A stretch of 64,000 bases of DNA. Origin: Pseudogymnoascus verrucosus (taxonomy: Eukaryota). Under the pieces are notes generated by a model. The model did not search any database and was not told where the DNA came from. It saw only the letters and a program-made list of their open reading frames with translations. The DNA lies in the NCBI GenBank assembly GCA_001662655.1, contig KV460215.1. One strand, written 5' to 3'. The position numbers were made by a program, and so were the translations under genes. This document shows, piece by piece, positions 12,514-24,982 of the stretch (positions are counted from its first letter, which is position 1; every line of letters begins with the position of its first letter).

Positions 12514-15500
12514 ATGGCTGCGGCCGAGGTTTCTCAGTCCTTCGGAAGTCATCCAAGGAGCGACCTTGGACATACAAGGGAGCCCTGGACGATTGGGTGG
12601 GATGAGGACGACACACGTATCCGGCTCCAGCACATTGCGCTGGCATGGGTTGCGTCGCGCCGCTCTCACGATGCCTACTACCACGGCCCGCCTATGCCTG
12701 GTGCACCACGATGGGTATGCGCTTGCCTGAACCCTCTTTTTCTAAAAAAAAAACTTTAATTATTTCCCTTGGTGTTTGTTGTGCTGCCAATTTTTTTTCA
12801 TGTGTTGTCACGGCTGTCTCGTGCAGTAGCGGGATGAGCCGCAGCCCAGCAAGCAGCATGGGCAGGACAGGGCGGTGTGGACCGAGAACGGGCTGATCTA
12901 ACGACGCATACAGGAGAATACGGTGGCTCTTGGGCTACGTAGCCAACAGCCTAAAGCAGTAACCTTGAGGCCATTGCGGCTTTTCGTCACATCGCTCCCG
13001 AAGCGCCATATTGCTTCCCCCGCCGACGACGACGATAGTAGTTGCGACCTCGACGCACCCCTCACCGACCCCTCCGACTCCTCCGACGCCCTCGCTACGG
13101 AGAACTACAACCGCGACGCAGCCGCACACTTCGATACCCCGCTCCCACCCCGCAAACCGCCGACTGAGCGGATCTTCGCCGACCCCGCCATGGCTCCCGC
13201 GGCTGTTGACTGGACATCCCAGGACGGCTTCAAGACGACTGCTAAGAAGAAGGCAAAGCAGGCTGCGAAGGCGGCTGCGCAGTCGAAATGGGGAGATGAC
13301 GATGAGGAGAAGAAGAAAGAGGAGGGAGAAGGGGATGCTGGTGGTGATGGTGGTGCGGGCGGTGGAGATGCAGGCGACGCTGGCGACGCTGGATCTGGGG
13401 ATAAGAAAGGTAGCGATGATGGCGATAAGAAGGAAGACGCTCCTGAAGAAGGCGACTGGGGAGGATTTGCACCTGCGAAGTCGAAGAAGAAGGGCAAGAA
13501 GGGCAAGGCTGCAGACCCGGAACCGGAACCTGAACCAGCGAAAGCCTCGGCGTTCGATGCTTTCCAAGAGATAAAACTGGATGATGGGGGTACGTTAGAC
13601 CTCAGCTTCGATAAACCCGCGGCTACGACAGGGTCAGGTTTTGGCTCGTGGGGGAGTAGCTGGAATACGGGTACGAAGGGGGCGGCTACGACGGGGAGCG
13701 GATGGGATTTCTCAGCTACGGATGGGGCGGCGGCTACCGAGGAGAAGAAAGAGGAGGAGGGCGGGGATAATCCGTGGAGTCTGAATCGCGGCAAGCCGAC
13801 GACGACTAAGAAGAAGAAGGGAGCCTTCAGCTTCGGCTTCGACGAGGAGGAGACCAAGGAGCCGGAACCCGAGCCGCCGAAGGAGGAGAAGAAGGAGGAG
13901 GACGATGGGTTCAGCGGCTTCGTGTCTAAGAAGGATAAGAAGAAGGGGAAGAAGGGCGCTGTATTCGCCTTCGAAGATCCCCCCGCCGAAGAGCCCGTCG
14001 TCGTCCCGGAACCGGAGGCGGCGCCGCCTCCTGCGGAGGACGACTGGGGCGCGAGCAGCTGGGGCGCGGCTACGACGAAGAAGAAGAAGGGGAAGAAGGG
14101 CGCTATTGCTGAAGTCATCCCCGAGCCAGTCGTGGAGGAGCCGCCCAAGGAGGAGCCTAAGGAGGAACCAGTCGTAGAAGATACGTGGGGCGCTGTCGGG
14201 AAGAAGAAGAAGAAGGGGAAGAATGTTATTGAGGAGATCCCCAAGGAGCCTGAACCCGAACCGGAGCCCGTGAAGGAGGAGGAGTCGTCGTGGGGTGGTG
14301 GCTGGGGCGCGGTGGGGAAGAAGGATAAGAAGAAGGGCAAGGGCGTGGTGGAAGAGAAGGAGCCGACGCCTGAGCCGGTACCGGAACCTGAGCCGGAGAA
14401 GGTGGAGGATGATTCTTGGGGTGGTGGGTGGGGCGCGGCTACGACCAAGAAGGATAAGAAGAAGGGGAAGAAGGGCGCGGTTGTCGAGGAAGTTATCCCC
14501 GAACCGGAACCGGAACCTGTTCCTGAGCCGGAGCCGGAGAAGGTTGAGGACGACTCGTGGGGCGGTGGTTGGGGCGCGGCTACGAGTAAGAAGGATAAGA
14601 AGAAGGGTAAGAAGGGTGCGGTTGTCGAGGAAGTCAAGCCTGAGCCCGAACCTGAACCTGTTCCTGAACCTGAGCCGGAGAAGGTAGAGGATGACTCTTG
14701 GGGTGGTGGCTGGGGCGCCGCTACGACCAAGAAGGATAAGAAGAAGAAGAAGGGCGCTATTGAGGAAGTCATCCCTGAACCTGAACCTATACCCGAACCC
14801 GAGCCAGAGAAGGTCGTCGAAGAAGACGCCTTCGCGTCGTGGGCACCAGCTGCGACTAAGAAGAAGGGAAAGAAGGGTAGCAAGGTTGTCGAAGAGGTCA
14901 AAGAGGTCGTCAAGGAACCTACGCCCGAACCAGAGAAGGAGGAAGAGGCTTCTGGCTGGGGTGGGGGATGGGGTACGACTACGACTAAGAAGGGCAAGAA
15001 GGATAAGGCTAAAGAGCCGGAACCTGAGCCTATAGTTGAGCCTGATCCAATCTCCAAGGCCTTCGAACCCGCGGGCGACGATGACTGGATGAGCTTCGGC
15101 AAGAAGGACAAGAAGGGTAGCAAGACATCCAAGGCCCTAGTTGAAGTTAAGGTCGAAGAGCCGGCGCCACCTCCACCACCCGCCGCCCCCGAAGTCGGCG
15201 ATATAGCTGCGGAAGACGATTTCGGCGGCTGGGGCGCTGCTTCGAGTAAGAAGAAGAAGGGGAAGAAGGGCGCTGCTGCACCTATTGTCGAGGAGGAGCC
15301 GATCAAACCCGATGTCGTCGAAGAGCCAAAGACAGATGACATCTGGGGTAGTGTCGGTGCCGGCAAGAAGGACAAGAAGAAGAAGGGTAGCAAGAGCGCT
15401 GCTGTCGAAGTTGTAGAGGTTGTTGAGGAGGTCGTCCCTGAAGCTGACCTTATCGACCTTGACTTCGGGACTAAGGATAAGGAGCCCGAGGATGACTCTT

Positions 15501-18500
15501 GGGGCGGTGGCTGGGGGGCTGCTATAAGCAAGAAGGATAAGAAGAAGAAGGGTGGTCTTGATGCGCCGCCGCCCGCGCCTACGCCCCCTTCGATGGATCT
15601 TACCGAGCCTGAGCCTGAGGCTGACGATGGCTGGGGCGCCTTCGGCTCCTCGAAGAAGAAGGAGGAGCCTAAGAAGGAGGAGCCTGCTAAGCCAGCTAAG
15701 AAACTCTCCAAGTCTGAGCAGAAGAAGGCTGACAAGGAGGCTGCGAAAGCGAAGGAGAAGGCGGAGCAGGATGAGCGCGATGCTGCTGCTGAGGCTGAGC
15801 GGGTAGCTGCTGAGGAGGCGGAGAAGGCAGAGGCTGATGCTGCCGCTGCCGCTGCTGAGGCTGAAGCCAAGGCCAAGGAGGAAGAGGAGGCTGCTGCTGC
15901 CGCTGCTGAGAAGGCCGCCGCTGCCAAGAAGCCGAAGCTTACCAAGAAGCAGCAGGAGAAGGCGGATAAGGAGGCTGCTGCTGCTAAGAAGAAGGCGGAG
16001 AAGGAGGCGGAGAAGGAAGCAAAGGCCGCGGCGGATGCTGCTGCAGAGGCAGAGGCGGAGGCTAAGCGGATTGAAGAGGAGGAGGCGGCTGCGCAGGCGG
16101 CGAAGGAAGCGGAGGAGCAGGCGGCGAAGGATAAGGAGATCCAGGACGCGCTTGATGCGAAGAAGGCCAAGGAGGATGCGAAGAAGGCGAAGGAGGACGA
16201 GAAAAAGGCTAAAGAGGAGGAGAAAAAGGCTAAAGAGGAAGCCAAGCTCGCCGCCAAGAAGGGTGGAAAGTCGAAGACCAAGAAAGTCGTAGAACCGGAA
16301 CCGGAACCAGAGCCAGAAGTTGTAGAAGACGTAGTTGACGACGAGGCGGCCGAGGCGCTAGAGAAGGAGCTCGCGGCCGAGACTACGGCAGGGGCCTTTA
16401 GCTTCTGGGGTGCTAGCAAGAAGACTAGCAAGGGTACTGAGGCTGCCAAAAAGGAGTCGGCTAAGGACGTCGCAATTACGGGTGCTGACAAAGCAGGGAT
16501 TCTGGAAGGTGCCACCTTGAGAGACAGCAGCGCCGCGACGGGCAAGCTGGCATCATCTTCATCAATGAAAGCATCGGCGCTGAGCAAGAAACCAGTAGGC
16601 GGAAAGATTGCTGATAGGTTACGCGCGTTTGAGACGGCCGAGGTTGCGCCGCCGCCGCCGCCACCGGAGGAGGAGCCTGCGCCCCCGCCAAAGGATGATA
16701 AGAAGAAGTCCAAGTCATCGCGTAAGAAGGACGAGATTATCGAGGTCGAAGATTCTCCGAAGAAAGCTGTACCTGGGAGCTTCCCTGTAGATATCATCGA
16801 CGACGAAATCGTGGAGATTATTGATATGGCACCCCCGAAGAAAGAGAAGAAATCAAAGAAGTCCAGTAAAGCGCCTGTAGAGGTCGTACCGCCGCCTCCA
16901 CCCCCTCCTCCACCACCACCGCCGCCTGCGCAGGAACCTACACCACCGCCCGAGCCGAAGGAAGCAAAACCCGCGAAGAAGGAGCGCGCAAAGGTTGTGC
17001 GCGGTGAAAGCGGGTCGTGGGGTACGTGGGGTGCAGCAACTAAGAAGGACGAGAAGAAGTCGAGCAAATCGAAGGAGGTGAAGCTCGAGGATTCACCGCC
17101 CGCCGAGAAGAAGAAGCGATCATCGGAAGCGAAGGCGTCTAAGTCAAGGAAGACGGAGGATAGAGGCTCTGGGACAGAGAAGTCCTCTGATAAGGAAAAG
17201 TCTTTGAAGACGCCGAAGCCGAAGTCGAAGGGCCTGTCGAGCATGTTCGCTTCTACTCCACCTATCTCGAGGTCCATGTCTACTCGCGATAAGAGGTCGA
17301 GCAGCGGCGCGCGCACGAGTTCGCGTCGCCAGTCGCTGGATACTGGGATGATGTCGCCGCCGCCAGAGATGTCGTCTAAGGCGGCGAGGATGCTTGGGGT
17401 TACACCTGGCAACTCGAGGAGCAAGTCGGATCGGAAGAGCAAGTCACGAGGTATGTCACAACCTGATGATTCACTTGATGCCAGTACTAACTATTATAAA
17501 GAAGTAGAGGACGACGACATCGTGATGGTCGATAAAGCCAGCGACGAATCCGGCGGTCGCAAAAGAAAATCAAAGGTACCTAGACAACCCGATGAGGAAG
17601 CCGCTCCTCCACCGCCGCCCTTCGTTCCGATGGCTCCCGGAAGCGATGACCTACCTCATAGGCCCAGGCACAAGAGAAGATCCATGACTGACCGATCCAA
17701 TAAGCAGGCTGTTGATGACGATATAGTCATGGTGGATGCGAACGGCCCCGCCGACGACCGCGAGGGCCGCAGCAGAGGACTCAAGCGCTCCGAATCCTCG
17801 GCGAGGAAATCCGGCTTCGGCGGCATGTTTGGCGGGTTCCTGGGGAAGTCGACGAGCGCCAAGCCGGAAAGCAGACGACGCAGCTCGGTCCGTCCAGATG
17901 AGGGCGGCGGCGAGTCACGACGACGCGATAGCCATAAGACGCGCTCGACCGACGACGCCGACGTCATCAGCGCAGATAACCCCGTGATGAGCGGCGGCGC
18001 GTCGGAAGAAGACCACGAAGCGCGACGAGCTGCGCGACGAGCAAGGCGCGCTGAGCGCGAAGCCCAAGAGCGCGCAGCTGACGAGGCGAGGCGGGCTAAA
18101 GATGAAGAGCGCCGCGAGCGTCGCCGCAAGGCTGATGAGGCTGATGAAGCGCGTAGGCAGGAGGAGCGCGAGGCGAGACGCGCGGCGAGACGCGAGCAGA
18201 GAGCTGCGGAGGAGAGGGGTGGTGAGCGCGCTGAGCGACACCGTCTGAGGAGGGAGGAGCGCGCGACGTCGGAGAGGTATAATAATGATACTGATGTGCC
18301 TCACGCGAAGCGATCGGAACGCCGTAGGTCGACTATGGATGGGGTTCCTACCGATGATGAGGAGCGCCGGCGTAGGCACGCTGAACGACGCGCCGCGAAG
18401 GAGGGCGGGGCGACGCCGAAGCTGAGTCGTCGCGCTACCGAACCACCGGATGCGTACTTCGAGCCGCGCAGCGGGGAGAAGTCCCGCCATGCTACGGATG

Positions 18501-18925
18501 ACGAGAGGCGCCCGCACAAGAGCTCGCGACGCAAGGGGGAGAAGAAGCCAGGCTGGCCGCACTCCGGGACCGATAGCTGGGTGAAGGAGCACAGCGACGC
18601 GCCGCCGCCTCCTGAGGACGAGGAGCCCGACCACGATGAGAAGGTCGATGATCCCATCTCTGACGAGGTGGAGCGCAAGAAGACGCGTCGCTCGAGCCGG
18701 TACGATGACCTTACCCCTGAAGAAGCGGAGGCGAAGCGCCGGCGTAGGGAGACTAGGCGTGCAGAGCGCGCGGAGAGGGAGAAGGGACGGAGTCAGCCTA
18801 GTAGTGCGGGGGATGAGAGGAGGTACGGCCCTGATCCGAGGGGGGGGAGGAGCGAGAGGGAGAGGGAGAGGCCGAGGGAGGTTAGTGGGGGGAGTTGGTG
18901 GAAGAAGATTACGCAGGCTGTGTGA
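12514..18925 (+). CDS. Large low-complexity Lys/Glu/Pro-rich protein with acidic WG/FG repeats, a charged coiled-coil and an Arg/Glu-rich C-terminus
   Basis: 2000-aa ORF with strong codon bias. Candidate first exon 12514-12714 with donor GTATGC; acceptor CTAAC..CAG at 12913. Probable in-frame introns 17451-17501/17507 and 17576-17707. An internal ATG (MAPAAVDW) could also be the start. Confidence 0.8.
14250..14830 (+). repeat. Intragenic tandem repeat, ~120-nt unit encoding EPEPEKVEDDSWGGGWGAATxKKDKKKGKKGAVVEEV
   Basis: Four to five near-identical peptide units in the ORF translation. Confidence 0.85.
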
Positions 18926-19744
18926 GGGGGGGGAGTCACCGGATGGCTTCGGGGGGATTATGACGTCTTTGTGAGAGGTCGTTTAATGGCATTTTATTGC
19001 GGCTGGAAGGGGTTGGTTTGATGAGGAGCAACTGGGTTTGGGGGAACTTTTTTAGATACCTTGTGAGCGTTTTTTTTGAGCGGTTTGGAGCTTTTGGGAT
19101 GTTTGGAAGGGGGGATTGGGGGGACATGATATTATGAGTGGGTGTTGGGGGGGGGAGGGTTGATTCCCATTTATTCGTGGATGGATGGGGGAGATGACAT
19201 ATGTGTGTCTTGTAATGTATTGAACACTGCAAAGCAAATCAAAGCATCTAAACTATCATATTTTGTAATCTGAGATGCTGCTGATGTGAAGTTGTTGGTG
19301 TGAATCTGCCGCTGGGGATGTGAGAACGTGCCTCGTCTGTTTGTGGCGCGTAGCACGAAGGGTGGTGATTCTCGGCGTTTCTCCTGCATGCCTTTGAATA
19401 GCTTCGGACGAAGGTATATCCGCTGCCCGAATCCAAAGCGGCTCGGCCGGCTCGGCACGGTACGGCTTGTGGGTTTCCTCTCCGTACGGAGGTGGAGATC
19501 CGGGGTCAGGAGGGAAACAGTTCTCAACTGTTTTGTGAGAACCCGTATGGTGTATATTATATGAGCACGCTTTGTGGGAGGTACTGTTTGTTAGAGTAGG
19601 GATCCTTATCGTAGCGGTGACGATAAGGAATTCACTTTCGTGGTTGTTGTTCTTCTTTGGCTTGGTGAGGTTGTAACTTTTCTCACCTTACAACTGCAAC
19701 TTGTCACAAAATCAGAACTACATTTGCACAACATCCAAGCAAAG

Positions 19745-20426
19745 ATGCCTAATGATTATAATTATAATCCTGATGACTGGACCCGGGAAGAGGTTAGAAG
19801 TTCATTTATCATACTCTCAATATACTCGTTCTAACATGTTTTAGAAAATGGCAATGTGGAACATCTTCTGTAGCCTCGTTTTCGACGCCACCGGCGGTGC
19901 TAACATGGAATGTCAGCTTGCCCAACCTAAACAACTCATACTTTTGTACTAACTGGGCAGACTTATATCCTGGTTGGGGGAATTACACATTGTCCGATCT
20001 CCTCGATGCTACTGATCAGTTGTACTCCGTAACTCATCCAGACGTATGTATCCGGACACTGTGTAGACATTGCTTGCCATATCTGGTTCTAACAATACAC
20101 AGGAGTATCTACGCCTCGAAGATCTTTCGATTCAAATCGTTTTAGCCAGGAGACGACCTGTTCAACTGCAGCTGGAAGAAGAGGGTGCAGAGGCCGCTCC
20201 GGTTCAGAATCCTGAACCTGAGGTGGAGACTGGTGTGGCGGAGACTGGCGACGAGACCGGTATCCTGGCACGTCTTTATAGATCTCTATGGTGGATATTC
20301 AGTGGCTTTGTATGATAGGAGCAGAAGGCCGAATCAGAGACGCCCGCTGATGAAGAGGAAGCCACGGGTCCTGAGATGAAGGAGAATGAGAATCAGTCTG
20401 TTGAATCTTCGAATTCCCAGGAATGA
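19745..20426 (+). pseudogene. Small multi-exon orphan gene, apparently frameshifted near 19920
   Basis: MPNDYNYNPDDWTREE, then intron 19793-19844 and KMAMWNIF; a second intron 20044-20102 has canonical signals; acidic tail. The reading frame changes within exon 2. Confidence 0.4.
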
Positions 20427-20641
20427 GCTTGCGTGTGATAGAGACCGAGTGTAGCATCTCCCAGAAAGCATCTACAGGTTAAATCAGGCTTGCGCATTCT
20501 CAAAACTGGCAGCCACAGAAAATCATCTATTGTGAAGTGTAGAATATAAAGTCAAAGTGAATCATAGGCGCCGTCAACATCCGTCACCTCCCACGCTCCT
20601 CGCCGCCTTTGTTCAGTCTGGCTAAGAATACCAACTCCTCC

Positions 20642-21928
20642 TCAGCACGAAACCCCCAACCACGCCTTATCAACCTTGGCAAATGTGAGCGTATTGCTCA
20701 CACCCTCATAAAAGATCCCAAACGTATCATTACCAAGCGCAGTGATAGTCGAGTAGCTCATCGCACCAGCTTGGAACACACGGCCAGCGGACCAGGTCGT
20801 CCCATCATCGCACGAATATCGGGCTGTCCCTTGAACCCTGCTGGTCTGGCTATTTGCATTGGTGAAGAGCAAGATCTTTGCATTTGCCGAGCCTTCAGCA
20901 GCATCGGGGTACATTCTCGTGATAGCGCCGTTGTTCGCTGGGTCTGGCAACTGCGTTTCGCTCTTCGGAACAGTGTACGTGATGCCGCCATCAGTCGATA
21001 TGGAGACCTTGCGGTAACCGCTGCCGTCGCTTGGCCTGGAGTTCAGCATGACGTTGCCGTTGGACAGCTCGACGACTTTGTTCTCATCCATACCAACCCC
21101 CACAGGCGACCCCATGTGCCATGTGCTGCCGCCGTCATCACTGTAGACGCTGTAGGCTTGGTATATAACGTTACCACTGGGCTGGACGACACGTCCGACA
21201 AATTGCTGGATGAGACGTCCGGCGTGGGCACCGTACCGGAGCTGAATCCCTTCCCCTGATGCAGCGAACTGGCCGACCACTCCGCCAACATTGGCTACAC
21301 CATTGACCGTCTGGCCCACGGGCTTGACCGCCGTGGTAATAAGACTCGAAGCCGCCGGTGGCAAGCTGAGTTGATTCGTGGGGTCCGTAGACCAGCTCAC
21401 ACCTCCATCAGTCGAAACCGACACCTCCGAGCTAATTACATTTAGATTCGCATCGTCATTTCCGATCACGCTGCTTCCAAACCCCACATTCTTAGAGAAG
21501 ACGTGGAAGTTGAATATCTTCCCAGTGTCTTGGTCGACGACGTAGCTTGGGTCGCTGAAGCCGTACTTCTGCACGCCCGTGGACCCAGCCTGGCCTTGCG
21601 CAATATAGGTTGGCGCGCCCCATGTGTCGCCGCCGTCTGTGCTGCGGCGTTGGAGGATGGAATTTGGGGATGGGGAATCACCTCCATCAGGTCGTCCGTC
21701 GTAGGCAGCGAGGACGACGCCGTTGCCTAGATTTGCGAGGGCTACGATGCGGTAGTATGGGGCTGGGCCGACTCCATTGGTGGCTAGAACTTGCTGGCTG
21801 AAGAGTTCTCTTGAGTGGAGTGTGGATGGCGCTGGTGCAGCTTGGACGGGAGTGAGGATGCTTGGTAGTGCACACAAGCTGAGGACGCTGACAGCGTACT
21901 GGAGCGTGCTTTGTGACGCGTAAATCAT
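20642..21928 (-). CDS. Secreted GH33 sialidase (neuraminidase), intronless, actinobacterial NedA-like
   Basis: Signal peptide, YRIVAL (RIP-motif variant), Asp-boxes STDGGDTW, STDGGVSW, SDDGGSTW, STDGGITY, SCDDGTTW, plus MDENKVVE and MSYST. Confidence 0.92.
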   Translation of the reverse strand: MIYASQSTLQYAVSVLSLCALPSILTPVQAAPAPSTLHSRELFSQQVLATNGVGPAPYYRIVALANLGNGVVLAAYDGRPDGGDSPSPNSILQRRSTDGGDTWGAPTYIAQGQAGSTGVQKYGFSDPSYVVDQDTGKIFNFHVFSKNVGFGSSVIGNDDANLNVISSEVSVSTDGGVSWSTDPTNQLSLPPAASSLITTAVKPVGQTVNGVANVGGVVGQFAASGEGIQLRYGAHAGRLIQQFVGRVVQPSGNVIYQAYSVYSDDGGSTWHMGSPVGVGMDENKVVELSNGNVMLNSRPSDGSGYRKVSISTDGGITYTVPKSETQLPDPANNGAITRMYPDAAEGSANAKILLFTNANSQTSRVQGTARYSCDDGTTWSAGRVFQAGAMSYSTITALGNDTFGIFYEGVSNTLTFAKVDKAWLGVSC

Positions 21929-22079
21929 TTTGGAAAGGAGTTTCTTGGAGGAACAATGCAGTGGAGATGGAAACCGGGGAACAGATTGTAGAAAGTTGAA
22001 AACAATAATGATGCCCAAAAAATTATGGGAAAAGGCATCTGAAGCCCAGACACATATACTTTCCTGAACTACCCACTTA

Positions 22080-22455
22080 CCCCGCAAAATCCAGCATCAT
22101 GACTGCCGGTAAACTGGCTTGATGGAATGAGATCCACCGATAATGGCACATGAGGCAATTGCGTATTGTTGTAAGTTGGAATGAGAAGTATAAATTACCT
22201 AATTAGGCAAGCAAGACGCAATCCCCGCCAATACACGGGAGAGTCCGTCGTCGGCCTTGGTCACTTCGTATATTACACCTGCTCAGATGCCTAGCCAGCC
22301 CATGTGGGTCAACATATTGTCGATAAACTTAGTTAAGATAACTAGAGGCCAATAAAATGTAATGTTACATTGATTAGCATCTCTCAGAAGTGATAGACAA
22401 ACGAGCCTAACGATAGCTTCTGCATATCGCGGGGAAGCAATCCAATAATGCGGGG
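22080..22455. promoter_or_regulatory. Four CreA/Cre1-type SYGGRG sites upstream of the sialidase
   Basis: CCCCGC at 22080 and 22223; GCGGGG at 22429 and 22450. Confidence 0.4.
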
Positions 22456-23042
22456 AAAAACGCTACGACACTAGCCCACCCAAGTTAGCTAGCACTATCT
22501 GGCGTCTGAGAGATCGTCAATCAAGAGACAGATAAGGAGATAGATGTTCCTTGCATGTGGAACTTCCGTATTAGGCTCTCCCGAATGGGGAATTCGACAC
22601 GAGCGAGCCACGCGTTCGGATTTTGGAAAGTTGGTCACGGAGCCATGGCGGGGCGATACGGCGGTTGACTCTGATAAAGAGGAGTCCGGACGAAAGGCAT
22701 TTATTCGCTGTACAGTGAGATAGGCTTGATTGGGAAATATTCACATCAACCGGTTTCTGAAGACCCCTAGTTGCGATGACAGAAATTCCCCTTTCTGGCA
22801 ATCCCCTATCGTACACTGCGTTCTCTCTTTCCTTGGCAGGGGGACAAGCATTTATCCTTTGTTGCACGTTTTCCCGTGAGTCTCCTCCCTCGTGTACTGA
22901 TTGGCCAAGCTTATGGCTCTCTCAAGGAATGGCCCCTGTGCCGCCAACTTTATTTTGAGGCATATTATGCGTATTCTGACTCTCAGTATCCGGGCCCTAT
23001 GATTTTCTCATCTCCCCTGTCAGTGACAACACAATGCCCACG

Positions 23043-24248
23043 TCATAAATCCTGGAACCAAGGATGCTCGAGAGCTTCCCTCGCAGTAATTCTTCTCGCG
23101 GGATCCAGACTGGTCATCTTCGTGACGATGTCTCTAAACCCTTCGTCGACTTCCACCCACATAGAGAATGGCTTCCTTGGATTAGTAGTTGTAAATTCTG
23201 GAGTGACATCCAGAACAAGGTCGCGCCACGAATCAACTGAGTCGTCGAGGTGGTCTATGAGGCCGACCAAACCAGGACCATCTCCAAAGTTGGAGACAGG
23301 CGCTTGACTACAAGCCTTTCTTCATCCGCTCGACTTAATCCTTCGCTGTCGATGCGGAAAATAATTTTCCGTAGCATTGTGTAGATGCACTATAACAAGG
23401 TCAGGTACTCTGTATCCAATGAAGGGTACACAGACTCACAACAAGCCCGAAGGAAAATACATCGGTGGGGAGATTGATACGGGCTGCAGCATGAGACTCA
23501 GGGCTGCGCCACATGGGATTGCCCAATTTGGCTCCGCGGAAATTTAAGCCAGGTGGAATGACGGATCCCATCTCGAGGTCGCCAACCTGGACCCGTTGTA
23601 CCTCGATGGCGCCATTAGGGCTTTCTTCATAATTCACAACTATGTTGTCAGGTTTGATATCTTGAAAAGGGACGAACTGTCAGCGCTGATAACGGTCGAA
23701 TAGTGGCTACAGCGGAATTTAACTCACCGCCGTGTAAGATATTCCGTTCATGCAAATCTGCAATTCCAGCTAATGTGTCCCGCAGTATTCTCTTCCTTGA
23801 TGCGTCAGAAAGGTTGTCTTTCTCAGCTAGTTTTAGAAGATGGGTAGTGCAGTAATTATAGACGAACAAAAGGTGTTCGGGAACAGTGTCGATAACGACT
23901 CGAAGATTAGGGCAGCCTCGAAGCGGAGCTTGAAGGTCTAACTGGTACTCAAACTCGGTAGAAAAGATGTTCTTGATGGCATATTTCTTTTGATCTTCAG
24001 CACTATTGCCCACAAAAAAATTAGCCCAAATAATTAGAATATTTTTAGGGTGTTCGCACGTAGCTAGATAAACACAAGCCAGTACGGGGTCAGTCCTGTG
24101 CTGTAGCATTCCATCAATCCGGTACTGCATCCCGGATTGACCAATCAGCTTTGTGCCCAACCCAAGAGGCTCAGATCCGATACCAGACAGCTTGGGTTTT
24201 GGTGTCGTATTAGATTTAATCCTTGGCATCTGAGGCATTGGAAGCATT
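23043..24248 (-). pseudogene. Multi-exon Ser/Thr protein kinase with one frameshift near 23298
   Basis: KYAIK, HG|DIKPDNIVV, GDLE, WRSPE, DVFSFGLV, DPARRITAREALEHPWF; three canonical introns. The last exon changes frame at KRL/VSNFGDG. Start codon uncertain. Confidence 0.75.
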
Positions 24249-24813
24249 GGAAGACACCTTCCGGATTGGCGGTACTGTTGACAGGGCAGACCAGACTTGG
24301 TGATTAGGAACATGAATAACACAAAACCGCGGGAAACGAAGTGGATTGGAGAATTTTGAAAAAGAGCGGAAACCGTGTTGGTGGGAGATCATGGCGTTCG
24401 AAAGCAGAAAGATGGAACAGGGAGAATTGGTTAAGGTGTTGGCATTACTTGCTCTCTATCCAGCTTAAAATTTACAACTTGAAGATTCAAATGTTGCACC
24501 GACACTATGTGAGAATTCTGTTCGAGTTCCGAGTGACTCGGTGAACTATGTCGCGTAATATGTTGCCTGGTATGCTCAGCGTTGAAGTTCAAGCAAGAGC
24601 GCCAACCTTGGAAAAGTTCAGGGTCAGGGGCATAAGCCTGCATAGATGACATAGATTACCCGATTAGGTTTTATAAAGAGTGGGTATTGCATAACGTACC
24701 CGTTTACGGCGGGGATACTTCCCCATATTATTACTTAGCATGACTGTCATCCATTTAGTGTGTGGCGGCGGACGCCCTGGTTATCATAACATGTCCGCCA
24801 CAGGCACAGGTAA

Positions 24814-24982
24814 TATGCAGCTCCGCCCCCTCCTACTCCTGGCCACGGCCTCTATCACCTCAGCTGCCGCAATCAAGCCAGTAGTAGAGCGTGATGTTGC
24901 CGTCCCGCCAGTCTCGTCGGGCGCACCTGCGTTGCGAACAGATGCAAGTGCGCAGCAGGCACTATTCCAGGCACCATTCTAG
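24814..24982 (+). pseudogene. Truncated 5' fragment of a secreted-protein gene
   Basis: MQLRPLLLLATASITSAAAIKPVVER looks like a signal peptide and prosegment, followed by an early stop. Confidence 0.35.

Noticed and set aside
13105..17442. 1445-aa antisense ORF
   Set aside because: Shadow of the biased sense gene; its Ser/Phe/Ala low-complexity translation mirrors the Glu/Lys codons.
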